Translations under genes and position numbers: made by a program | Origin: Natronospirales bacterium | Lineage (GTDB): Bacteria > Pseudomonadota > Gammaproteobacteria > Natronospirales > JAIVGZ01 | Assembly (NCBI GenBank): GCA_020201335.1 | Contig: JAIVGZ010000033.1 | Span: 29,329-93,328, forward strand | Direction of reading: 5' to 3' | DNA: 64,000 bases | Part shown: positions 40,891 through 55,567 of the stretch, in pieces | How positions within the stretch are numbered: the first letter of the stretch is position 1 | How the letters are laid out: the number at the start of each line of letters is the position of its first letter | Notes under the pieces: model-generated | Databases searched by the model: none | Told to the model about the DNA's origin: nothing | Seen by the model: only the letters and a program-made list of their open reading frames with translations

Positions 40891-41019
40891 CGTTGCCGGT
40901 TTTGCTCGGCCCTTCCCTGGGCCTCGCCCTCGCTTCGCTCGGGTCCGCCTGCGGCGGCACCAAATCGCTCCCGGCGATTTGGTCAAGACCGGTGCCTTCA
41001 ACCACTCGGCCACCTCTCC
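40891..41019 (-). pseudogene. Interrupted, 3'-truncated pseudo-copy of tRNA-Ser(UGA)
   Basis: 40983-41019 is identical to tRNA nt 1-37 (through CTTGA of the anticodon loop). A structured 79-nt insert follows (40904-40982). Then 13 nt (40891-40903) are identical to AAAACCGGCAACG of the anticodon-stem 3' side. No variable arm, T-arm or acceptor 3' strand is present. Confidence 0.8.
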
Positions 41020-41034
41020 TTCTTTAGGTTTCTA

Positions 41035-43634
<2,600 letters not shown>

Positions 43635-43635
43635 C

Positions 43636-44037
43636 TCAGTGCTCGAAACGGCGCTCGAAGAGCACCAGCGTGCCGGCGAAGCGCGTACGCGCGAACAAGA
43701 GGCCCGCCGTGACGCCAAGCGCATTTGCGGCCATGTCAGCGAACGAGAACCACCGATACGCGGCGAAGTACTGCACGATCTCGAGCCCGATACCCATCAG
43801 GATTAGCAGCAGCGCAATCCAGACGTGTCCGCCGCGCAGGTAGATGAAGCCGAACCAGCACATCAGCGCGAAGTACGCGAGCGCGTGCCCTACCTTGTCA
43901 ACGTGGTCGAAGCCAACATCGATGCGAGGCATTTTGGGCGACAGGCTGAGCGCAATCACTAAAACGACCAGCAGCCAACCAATGCCGAGCCACAGCGGAC
44001 GCCACTTTAGCGAGCGGGGCTCCAGCCAGGCCGGCAT
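43636..44037 (-). CDS. VanZ family membrane protein
   Basis: 133 aa with 4 TM segments and the VDKVGHALAYFAL motif typical of VanZ-like proteins. Confidence 0.55.
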   Translation of the reverse strand: MPAWLEPRSLKWRPLWLGIGWLLVVLVIALSLSPKMPRIDVGFDHVDKVGHALAYFALMCWFGFIYLRGGHVWIALLLILMGIGLEIVQYFAAYRWFSFADMAANALGVTAGLLFARTRFAGTLVLFERRFEH

Positions 44038-44681
44038 CAGCGGATGACGTCAGCGCCGGGTGGCGGCACAAAGCGAAACACACCGTCGTCAATCTCGACG
44101 TTGCGCGCGACGCCGGTGAATTCGATGCGTGTGGTCTGTCCGAATCCGTCGACCAATTCCATCACCGCGAGCTCTTCCCCGCGAAAGGCGATGCGCACCG
44201 CCTCGAATTCTGTGTCGCGCTCGTGCGGGATAAGCCCGACCCAGGCCAGCCCACCGGCGCCGTCGAGCGCAACGACTTCCGAATGTGCGCGGAGGTCGCC
44301 GCTACCGGACAAAAGCATTGCCGGCGTGGACGCGAGCGTCCGGTCGAGTGCCCGCACGGTCACTTGAGCCAATTCTTCGTCATACATCCAGAGGTCCTGA
44401 CCGTCTGCGACGATCACCTGTACGTACGGCTCGCGGTAATCCCAACGGAAGCGCCCGGGCTTGCGCACGGCCAGCGTACCGCTGACCTGCTGCAGCGTCT
44501 CGCCGTCGGCGTCGACGACCGACTGCGTGAAATCGGCGCGCAGCGTCGTCACCTCAGCCAGGAAGCGGTCCAATGCCACCTCTCCACCAGCAGCATGCGC
44601 GGGTGTGGGAGCGATGCTCCGCATCGCGATTAACAAAGCGACCGCGGCAATCTTCAGGGTGAATCGGCTCATCGTCATCAA
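44037..44681 (-). CDS. lolA: Outer-membrane lipoprotein carrier LolA
   Basis: Contains [23 protein letters not shown] and [14 protein letters not shown]. It has a signal peptide and sits between ftsK and rarA. Confidence 0.9.
   Translation of the reverse strand: MMTMSRFTLKIAAVALLIAMRSIAPTPAHAAGGEVALDRFLAEVTTLRADFTQSVVDADGETLQQVSGTLAVRKPGRFRWDYREPYVQVIVADGQDLWMYDEELAQVTVRALDRTLASTPAMLLSGSGDLRAHSEVVALDGAGGLAWVGLIPHERDTEFEAVRIAFRGEELAVMELVDGFGQTTRIEFTGVARNVEIDDGVFRFVPPPGADVIR
44604..44631 (+). repeat. REP-like element inside the lolA signal-peptide coding region (antisense to lolA)
   Basis: TGTGGGAGCGATGCTCCGCATCGCGATT. Read on the lolA strand it encodes [10 protein letters not shown]. The stem is GCGATGC/GCATCGC, against GCGGTGC/GCACCGC in the other copies. 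Confidence 0.85.
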
Positions 44682-47035
44682 TCCTTTGGTGGCGGCGGCG
44701 CAAGCACTTCGCGCGTGCCGTTCGACTGCAGCGGCCCGACGACGCCGGTCGCTTCCATTTCCTCAATCATCCGTGCAGCACGGTTGTAGCCGATCTTCAA
44801 CCGGCGCTGCACCCCGGAGATCGACGCCTTGCGCGATTCGGTGACGATGCGCACCGCCTGGTCGTACAACGCATCCTGCTCGCTCGCGCCCTCGTCGCCG
44901 CCGTACAACGTCGCGTCCGCACCACCACCACCCGTCGGTGCCGACGGTCCTTCCAGGATCTCGTCGATGTACGACGGCTCGCCCTGCTTGCGCAGGTCGT
45001 TCGCGACGCGGTGCACCTCGGCGTCCGAGACGAACGCACCGTGTACGCGCTGTGGCACACCGCTGCCCGGCGGCAGGTACAGCATGTCGCCATGGCCCAA
45101 TAGTTGCTCCGCGCCCTGCTGGTCGAGGATCGTGCGCGAGTCGATGCGCGACGACACCTGGAACGCAATGCGCGTCGGGATGTTGGCTTTGATCAGCCCG
45201 GTAATCACGTCGACCGATGGACGCTGCGTCGCAAGAATCAGGTGGATGCCCGAGGCGCGGGCCTTCTGGGCGAGCCGTGCAATCAGCTCCTCGACCTTCT
45301 TGCCGACCACCATCATCATGTCGGCCAGCTCGTCCACTATGACCACGATGTAAGGCAACGGTTCCAATATCGGCGCCTCAGGTGGCTCCTCACCCTCATC
45401 GAGGCCGAACGGGGGCGGCGCCCGGAACAGCGGGTCGCGGATCGGCTGACCCTTCGCCGCGCCATCCTTGAGCTTCCGGTTGAACCCGGCGATGTTGCGG
45501 ACGCCGAGTGCGGACATCAGACGGTAGCGCCGGTCCATCTCGAACACCGCCCAACGCAGCGCGTTCGCCGCCTGCTTCATGTCGGTGACGACCGGCGCCA
45601 AAAGATGCGGGATACCCTCGTACACGCTGAGCTCGAGCATCTTCGGGTCAATCATGATTACGCGAACCTGCTCGGGCGTCGCTTTGTACAACAAGCTCAG
45701 AACCATCGCGTTGATCGCGACCGACTTGCCCGAGCCGGTGGTGCCGGCAACCAGCAAGTGCGGCATACGCGTCAGGTCCGCGACAACCGGGTAACCGCTG
45801 ATGTCCTTGCCAAGCGCAAGCGTCAGTGGCGAATGTTCGGCATCGTATTCCTTCGAGGTCAGGATCTCGGACAGCGCAACAAGCTCGCGCACCTCGTTGG
45901 GCAGTTCCAGGCCGACGGTGGGTTTGCCCGGAATTACCTCGACGACGCGTACGCTGATTGCGGCGAGCGAACGTGCGAGGTCCTTCGCAAGGGTCGTGAT
46001 CTGGCTGACCTTGACGCCGGGCGCCGGCTGCAGCTCAAAGCGCGTGATGACCGGGCCCGGGTGCACCGCGACGACCTCGACCTCGATGCCGAAGTCACGC
46101 AACTTCATCTCGACCTGGCGCGACATCGCTTCGAGAGAAGTCTCTGAATAGCCGACCTTGCGTTCCGGTGCCGGGTCGAGCAGCGACAGCGACGGTAGCT
46201 CTCCGGGTCCGCTGGTCTCGAACAACGGGACCTGCCGCTCCTTCTGCGCCCGCACGCTCGGCTCGATTGCCTTGACGACCGGCTCGATGCGGACCGGTAT
46301 GCGCTTCTCGACCTTCTCCTTCTGCACCCGCACAGCCGACACCTGCTCGCGGCGCGCCCGCCGCGTGTCGATCCATGCAAGCAGCCGGTACCAGCGCGTC
46401 TGCGTCCGCTCACCCAGGTCGAGCGCAAGCCTGCCGGTCACATCGACCAGCGCGAGCCAGGACAGGCTGGTGAACAGCGTGACGCCCGCCAGGAACAGGG
46501 CCAGCAGCAGCAGGGTCCCACCGAGGAAGCTGAACACGCTGACGAAGAGCCCGCCGGTCACATCGCCGAGCACCCCGCCTGCAGTAGTGACCGGCAGCGA
46601 GCCCGAGGCCACGCTGAAGTGCAAATGCGTGAGGCCGGCCCCGGTCATAACCGTCAGTACGAAGCCACAGACCCGGCCGATCAGTGTCGCTCGGTCCTGC
46701 CGCGCTTCAGCGTTGCGGCCGCGGAACAACAGCCAGCCGGCGTACGCGAGCATCACCGGCACGAGGTAGGCGACATAACCGAAAAGGTATAGGGCCACGT
46801 CGGCGAACCACGCGCCGAACCACCCGCCAGCATTGACGACGCTTTCGGCGGAACCACTGCGTGACCAGCCTGGGTCTGCGGGGTCGTAAGTGAACAACGC
46901 GAGCAGCGCCAGCAACGCAACCGCGCTGAACACGAACAGCGCCCCCTCGCGGAGGCCCCGGTTCAGGTGGGCGCCGAACAGCCCTGTCACGGTGTCCGCC
47001 TTCTTGCGTGTCGCTTGCGCCAACTTAACCCCCAC
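44678..47035 (-). CDS. ftsK: DNA translocase FtsK
   Basis: 785 aa. It has N-terminal TM segments, the motor domain (Walker [17 protein letters not shown]) and the C-terminal gamma wHTH ([21 protein letters not shown]). Confidence 0.95.
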   Translation of the reverse strand: MGVKLAQATRKKADTVTGLFGAHLNRGLREGALFVFSAVALLALLALFTYDPADPGWSRSGSAESVVNAGGWFGAWFADVALYLFGYVAYLVPVMLAYAGWLLFRGRNAEARQDRATLIGRVCGFVLTVMTGAGLTHLHFSVASGSLPVTTAGGVLGDVTGGLFVSVFSFLGGTLLLLALFLAGVTLFTSLSWLALVDVTGRLALDLGERTQTRWYRLLAWIDTRRARREQVSAVRVQKEKVEKRIPVRIEPVVKAIEPSVRAQKERQVPLFETSGPGELPSLSLLDPAPERKVGYSETSLEAMSRQVEMKLRDFGIEVEVVAVHPGPVITRFELQPAPGVKVSQITTLAKDLARSLAAISVRVVEVIPGKPTVGLELPNEVRELVALSEILTSKEYDAEHSPLTLALGKDISGYPVVADLTRMPHLLVAGTTGSGKSVAINAMVLSLLYKATPEQVRVIMIDPKMLELSVYEGIPHLLAPVVTDMKQAANALRWAVFEMDRRYRLMSALGVRNIAGFNRKLKDGAAKGQPIRDPLFRAPPPFGLDEGEEPPEAPILEPLPYIVVIVDELADMMMVVGKKVEELIARLAQKARASGIHLILATQRPSVDVITGLIKANIPTRIAFQVSSRIDSRTILDQQGAEQLLGHGDMLYLPPGSGVPQRVHGAFVSDAEVHRVANDLRKQGEPSYIDEILEGPSAPTGGGGADATLYGGDEGASEQDALYDQAVRIVTESRKASISGVQRRLKIGYNRAARMIEEMEATGVVGPLQSNGTREVLAPPPPKD

Positions 47036-47075
47036 CTTAAGAATAATTCCTAAGGCTCTATTGTATATATATTTT

Positions 47076-48984
<1,909 letters not shown>

Positions 48985-49040
48985 TAACTGTCCGTACGGT
49001 CCAATCTGTCCATCAGGTACCTGCGAAAGACTGGCAGGCG

Positions 49041-50111
49041 ATGGCCGGTGCGGATAACCCGTTCGCGAGCCATGCGTTTCTGTCGGCGCTCGAGGACAGC
49101 GGTGCGGTCGGTGCCGGAACCGCATGGGAACCGCATCACCTGGTCGCCACCCGCGACGACGGCGCGCTCACCGGCATCCTGCCGCTGTACCTGAAACACG
49201 ACTCCTTCGGCGAGTTCGTGTTCGATTGGGCCTGGGCAGAAGCGTGGCACCGCGCCGGGCGCGCGTACTACCCGAAGCTGATCGCGGCAACCCCTTACTC
49301 GCCCGTCGGCGCGCCGAAGCTGCTGTTGAGCGCTGGCGCAGATGCGCAACCGATAGTCGACGCCGCGCTTGGATTGGTCGAAGACCTCGATGCCTCCTCG
49401 CTGCACTGGCTGTTCGTCGAGGACGCGCTCACGCAGGTGCTCGTGGAATCTAGTCACTTGCTGCGCAATGATTGCCAGTACCACTGGCAGAACGATGGTT
49501 ACCGCGACTTCGACGATTTCCTCACACGCTTCCGCTCGGCGAAGCGAAAGGCGTTGCGCCGCGAGCGCAAGCTGGTCGCCGCCAGCGGTCTCGTGATTCG
49601 CCGGCATTCAGGCACTGAGATCGACGACGCGCTATGGACGCGGCTGCACGCACTCACCGCGCGCAGCTTCCACCTGCGTGGCAACCCGCATTACCTGAGC
49701 GCCGCGTGCTATCGGCTGCTCGGAGAACGCCTCGGCGACGCGGTGCAGGCATTCGTTGCGTGGGACGATGACCGACCGGTCGCTTGCGCACTCTGCATCG
49801 ATAGCAACGACGTGCTGTTCGGCCGTTATTGGGGTGCTGAAGTTAACGTACCGGGGCTTCACTTCGAACTCTGCTACTACCAGGGCATCGAGTATTGCAT
49901 CGAGCGCAAGCGCATGCGCTTCGAACCCGGCGCCCAGGGGGAGCACAAGCTGGCGCGGGGTTTCGAACCCGTCCGCACCGTATCTGCGCACTGGGTGCGT
50001 GATGGCGAACTCCGTGCGCCGGTCGCGGACTGGTGTCGGCGTGAACGCGAGATGGTCGCCGACTACATGGAGTCGGCGCGCAACCACCTGCCGTTCCACC
50101 GCGATGAGTGA
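49041..50111 (+). CDS. DUF482 / FemAB-like GNAT-fold acyltransferase
   Basis: NPFASHAFLSALEDSGAVG...WEPHHLV pattern. The in-frame upstream sequence ([20 protein letters not shown]) also looks like family N-terminus but contains no ATG, GTG or TTG. Confidence 0.6.
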   Translation: MAGADNPFASHAFLSALEDSGAVGAGTAWEPHHLVATRDDGALTGILPLYLKHDSFGEFVFDWAWAEAWHRAGRAYYPKLIAATPYSPVGAPKLLLSAGADAQPIVDAALGLVEDLDASSLHWLFVEDALTQVLVESSHLLRNDCQYHWQNDGYRDFDDFLTRFRSAKRKALRRERKLVAASGLVIRRHSGTEIDDALWTRLHALTARSFHLRGNPHYLSAACYRLLGERLGDAVQAFVAWDDDRPVACALCIDSNDVLFGRYWGAEVNVPGLHFELCYYQGIEYCIERKRMRFEPGAQGEHKLARGFEPVRTVSAHWVRDGELRAPVADWCRREREMVADYMESARNHLPFHRDE

Positions 50112-50772
50112 ACTGCCGGAAGGATTGGTCGCGGTCGGTGGCCCGTTGACGCCGGACCGACTGCTGGTCGAGTACCGCCGCGGCGTCTTCCCATGGTACA
50201 TGCCCGGGCAGCCGGTGCTCTGGTGGAGCCCGGAGCCGCGCGCGGTGTTCGACGGCTGCCGCGTGCGCGTATCGCGCAGCCTGCGCAGGCGGCTCAGACG
50301 CGGTGAATTCCGCTTCACACTCGATGCCGCATTCGACGACGTTATTTCAGGTTGCGCTCAGCCGCGCGCAGCTGGCGAAGGGACTTGGATCACTGCGGAG
50401 ATGAGTGCCGCATATCGCGCGTTGCACCGGCGTGGGTATGCGCATTCGCTGGAGGTGTGGCTGGACTCGGAGCTGGTCGGCGGAGTGTACGGTGTCGCGC
50501 TTGGCCGCGTTTTCTTCGGGGAATCGATGTTTAGCCGGGCGGCCGATGCATCGAAGGCGGCGCTCGCTGTTCTGGCAGCCTACTTAAGGCGGGAACGCTT
50601 CACGATGATCGATGCACAGCTCCCGAACGCGCACCTCGCACGCCTCGGTGCAAGTGAATGGAGCCGCGCTGCGTTCCTCGCGCGGCTGGCCGTCGACGCC
50701 GAAGCACCGGACCCGATTGGGCGCTGGATGTTGCCTGCACGACTCAGCGATGGTGCGAGCGCGGTTGAATAA
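50104..50772 (+). CDS. aat: Leucyl/phenylalanyl-tRNA--protein transferase
   Basis: Start at MSELPEG. Contains LLVEYRRGVFPWYMPGQPVLWWSPEPRAV. 222 aa. Confidence 0.9.
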   Translation: MSELPEGLVAVGGPLTPDRLLVEYRRGVFPWYMPGQPVLWWSPEPRAVFDGCRVRVSRSLRRRLRRGEFRFTLDAAFDDVISGCAQPRAAGEGTWITAEMSAAYRALHRRGYAHSLEVWLDSELVGGVYGVALGRVFFGESMFSRAADASKAALAVLAAYLRRERFTMIDAQLPNAHLARLGASEWSRAAFLARLAVDAEAPDPIGRWMLPARLSDGASAVE

Positions 50773-50802
50773 AACCGGGAAGTGTTGCAGAATCCGCGCC
50801 GG

Positions 50803-51021
50803 ATGCCGAAAGAAGACCATATCGAAATGGAAGGCACGGTCACCGAGACCTTGCCCAACACCATGTTCCGCGTGACCCTCGACAACGGTCACGTCGTGAC
50901 TGCGCACATCTCAGGCAAGATGCGGAAGCACTACATCCGCATCCTGACCGGCGACCGCGTAACCGTTCAGCTGACGCCGTACGACCTGTCGAAAGGCCGC
51001 ATTACTTTCCGCGGCCGTTGA
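50803..51021 (+). CDS. infA: Translation initiation factor IF-1
   Basis: [70 protein letters not shown]. 72 aa. Confidence 0.97.
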   Translation: MPKEDHIEMEGTVTETLPNTMFRVTLDNGHVVTAHISGKMRKHYIRILTGDRVTVQLTPYDLSKGRITFRGR

Positions 51022-51041
51022 TTCTGTCGCGCTCGCGGCGC

Positions 51042-51131
51042 CGGACCGTTTTTTCCGGGAACGCCGCAAGTACATCCCTGTAGGCTCCGGCGGCGACATC
51101 CCTGTCGCCGACGGTCCCGGAAAAAAGTCCG
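51042..51131 (+). repeat. REP-like hairpin nested inside a 17-19 nt inverted repeat
   Basis: The outer arms are CGGACCGTTTTTTCCGGGA (51042-51060) and TCCCGGAAAAAAGTCCG (51115-51131). The core is CTGTAGGCTCCGGCGGCGACATCCCTGTCGCCGAC, with the stem GGCGACA-TCCC-TGTCGCC at 51092-51109. Confidence 0.7.
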
Positions 51132-51276
51132 CGCGCCACTCGCTTCCGTCACTACGAGCGCGAGCCAGCGAGCCACGCCCGCACGCAAGCGCGCGATTTT
51201 GGCCCGGTCTAGGAGGTTGGTCGCGGCACCAGCCGGGCCGCATGAGCAAGCGGTGCGTGCGGCGTGGCGAGTGGAA

Positions 51277-53538
<2,262 letters not shown>

Positions 53539-53539
53539 T

Positions 53540-53857
53540 TCACGCTTCCTCCATCGTGCACAGCAGTGGGTGCTGGTTGTCCCGCGAATACTGGTTGACC
53601 AGCGCAACCTTCGTTTCTGCGATGTCGAACGTGAAGAGGCCGCAGACACCCTTGCCACGCGTGTGCACATGCAGCATCACCTGGGTCGCCTTGCCGCGGT
53701 CCATGCGGAAAAACCGTTCGAGCACCTCGACGACAAATTCCATTGGCGTGTAGTCATCATTCAAGAGCACGACCTTGTACAACGGCGGCCGTTTGATAGA
53801 CGGGCGCGCTTCGTCGACAGCAAGACTATGGTCCGGTCTGTGCTCGGATTCGCTCAT
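53540..53857 (-). CDS. clpS: ClpA adaptor protein ClpS
   Basis: Contains [27 protein letters not shown]. 105 aa, immediately upstream of clpA. Confidence 0.95.
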   Translation of the reverse strand: MSESEHRPDHSLAVDEARPSIKRPPLYKVVLLNDDYTPMEFVVEVLERFFRMDRGKATQVMLHVHTRGKGVCGLFTFDIAETKVALVNQYSRDNQHPLLCTMEEA

Positions 53858-54050
53858 GGCTCGATTTTAGCTCATCTGGAAAGCGACCGTGCGTGGCACA
53901 GCGAACCGAGCCGCGCGGGCGTCCGGTCATCCCGCGGCGTTCATCCCCATCGTTATCACGCACTTGGCGTTTAACGCGCTCCGTTATCTGCACGCGCTAA
54001 TGAGAATGCCGGTCGCAAAAGCCGGTATTCCGAAACCGGAATGCGGTGCG

Positions 54051-54557
54051 TCAGCGATTCGCACCCGGGCGCGGCGGCTCGCTCGCCTTTCGGGCGCCGG
54101 CGCCGGCCATCGCCATCAGCTCTTCTTTGCGGTCGGCGAGTTGCGCGCCTATGTCGTCCTCATCGAAGTCCGATGCCTTCTTCGCTTTCGGGAACAGCTC
54201 CTCTTCCTCTTCCTTCACGTGGTGCTCGACGTATTCTTTCAACACGGTCACTTTGGCATCGAACATATCGTCGGACGGCTCCATCGCCTTGAGTTCCTCA
54301 ATGAGGTCCTTGATGCCAGCGTGCTCGACGACGGCTTCGTCGATCAAGTCTTCGTCATCCAGCGCTTTGCGTGCCGCGGGGTAAAATAATTCTTCCTCGA
54401 TCTGCGCGTGTACGGTCAGCTCGTGGCAAATCTGCTGGACGAGCGTCAGCTTCTCATCGTCGCGGCTATCATCACCGGAAAGGTCCTCGTACTCCTCAAA
54501 CATCGCCTTCACCTGGTGATGGTCGTCGGTTAGCATTTCAATCGCATTGCTTGGCAT
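54051..54557 (-). CDS. Hemerythrin (HHE cation-binding) domain protein
   Basis: Contains LTDDHHQVKAMFEEYE, HAQIEEELFYP and HHVKEEEEELFP, which are His/Glu ligand motifs. Confidence 0.75.
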   Translation of the reverse strand: MPSNAIEMLTDDHHQVKAMFEEYEDLSGDDSRDDEKLTLVQQICHELTVHAQIEEELFYPAARKALDDEDLIDEAVVEHAGIKDLIEELKAMEPSDDMFDAKVTVLKEYVEHHVKEEEEELFPKAKKASDFDEDDIGAQLADRKEELMAMAGAGARKASEPPRPGANR

Positions 54558-54604
54558 GTGAGCGCTCCTGGCATTTCGTTGGACAGTGGGACGAAGTTAG
54601 GGCT

Positions 54605-54636
54605 GGCGGCGCAACGGGTCGGTGCGTTGCGCCGCC
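54605..54636. other. Perfect 12-bp GC-rich stem-loop in a divergent promoter spacer
   Basis: GGCGGCGCAACG-ggtcggtg-CGTTGCGCCGCC. No flanking T-run and no REP head. Confidence 0.6.
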
Positions 54637-54712
54637 TATCGGGTGAACTCCTTAGGTACGGTTGCGTCCGATGTTCTATCCTGTTTAGATTGCGTGAATC
54701 CCGGACCCTTGA

Positions 54713-55567
54713 ATGAACGACTCCATCGCGATACCTCTGCGCCGCTTCCAGGCCCGCCTCCGGGAAAGCGGCTGGCTGGACCGCCTGCCGGTGGTTGTCA
54801 GTGTCGCGTTGGTAATCCTGATTGCGTGGACTGCGGCGGGGCTCACATGGTCGCTGCTCTCACCCCAGGCGCCCGCCGCCGGACCGGTGGCAATGCGGGC
54901 CGGACCAGCCGAGCCAATGCCGGACCCGGACCGCATCGCGTCGCGCAGCCTGTTCGGCAGCGCCGAAGATGCGCCCGTGCAGACGACCATCGACGCACCC
55001 GAGACGCGCTTGAACCTCACGTTGCGTGGCATCTCCGCGTCGGCCGACGCGGCTTACGCCCGTGCTGTAATCGCGGGATCCGATGGCAAGGAGCGGGTCT
55101 ACGCCGCACGCGACGAAGTTCCGGGCGGCGCGGTGGTGCATGAAATCCATGCGGACCGCGTTATCCTGAACCGGCGTGGTACGCTGGAGACGCTGCGTCT
55201 GCCGCGGCTTGGCAGCGATTCACCGGTGCTCGGCTCCGCCGCCTCACGGCCGCTGACGCCGGTTGCCGTCGACAACCTGCGGGACCAGGCGGCGACCGAG
55301 CAAATGGCTGAAATCATCCGCCCACAGGCGGTGATGGTCGGCGGGCAGTTGCGCGGCTACCGTGTCTATCCGGGCCGCGACCGGCAACGATTCGCCGCAC
55401 TGGGTCTGCGGGCAGGCGACCTCGTCACAGCGATTGATGGCATACCTCTGAACGACCCGGCGCGCGGGCTCGAGGCGATGCAGGTACTGACCGGCAGCCA
55501 AGAGGCCGTCGTCACCGTCGAACGGGGCGACCAGACCGAGACCGTCACCGTGCGCGCGGTGCAATGA
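54713..55567 (+). CDS. gspC: Type II secretion system protein C
   Basis: It has an N-terminal TM segment, an HR domain (VVHEIHADRVILNRRGTLETLRL) and a C-terminal PDZ domain (GYRVYPGRDRQRFAALGLRAGDLVTAIDG). It lies directly upstream of the secretin. Confidence 0.75.
   Translation: MNDSIAIPLRRFQARLRESGWLDRLPVVVSVALVILIAWTAAGLTWSLLSPQAPAAGPVAMRAGPAEPMPDPDRIASRSLFGSAEDAPVQTTIDAPETRLNLTLRGISASADAAYARAVIAGSDGKERVYAARDEVPGGAVVHEIHADRVILNRRGTLETLRLPRLGSDSPVLGSAASRPLTPVAVDNLRDQAATEQMAEIIRPQAVMVGGQLRGYRVYPGRDRQRFAALGLRAGDLVTAIDGIPLNDPARGLEAMQVLTGSQEAVVTVERGDQTETVTVRAVQ

Noticed and set aside
40872-40982. Genomic island or prophage integrated at tRNA-Ser (duplicated tRNA segment)
   Set aside because: Only about 110 nt separate the copies, and there is no integrase or cargo. 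The 5' half of the tRNA is duplicated, not the 3' att-type end.
40342-41013. 223-aa ORF from the track (and 40659-40865) containing MAEWLKAPVL twice
   Set aside because: The upper part is a translation through tRNA-Ser and its pseudo-copy. Only the hydrophobic part downstream of the tRNA (40342-40770) is kept, at low confidence.
51022-51276. A tRNA-Ser (serW equivalent) or small ORF between infA and clpA
   Set aside because: No cloverleaf-compatible sequence (no GTTCGAATC T-loop) and no ORF with a plausible RBS. Only the repeat structure is reported.
54009-54042. Intrinsic terminator downstream of the hemerythrin gene
   Set aside because: There is only a 6-bp ATTCCG/CGGAAT stem, and the T-run (CTTTT) is separated from it. 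This is too weak to call.
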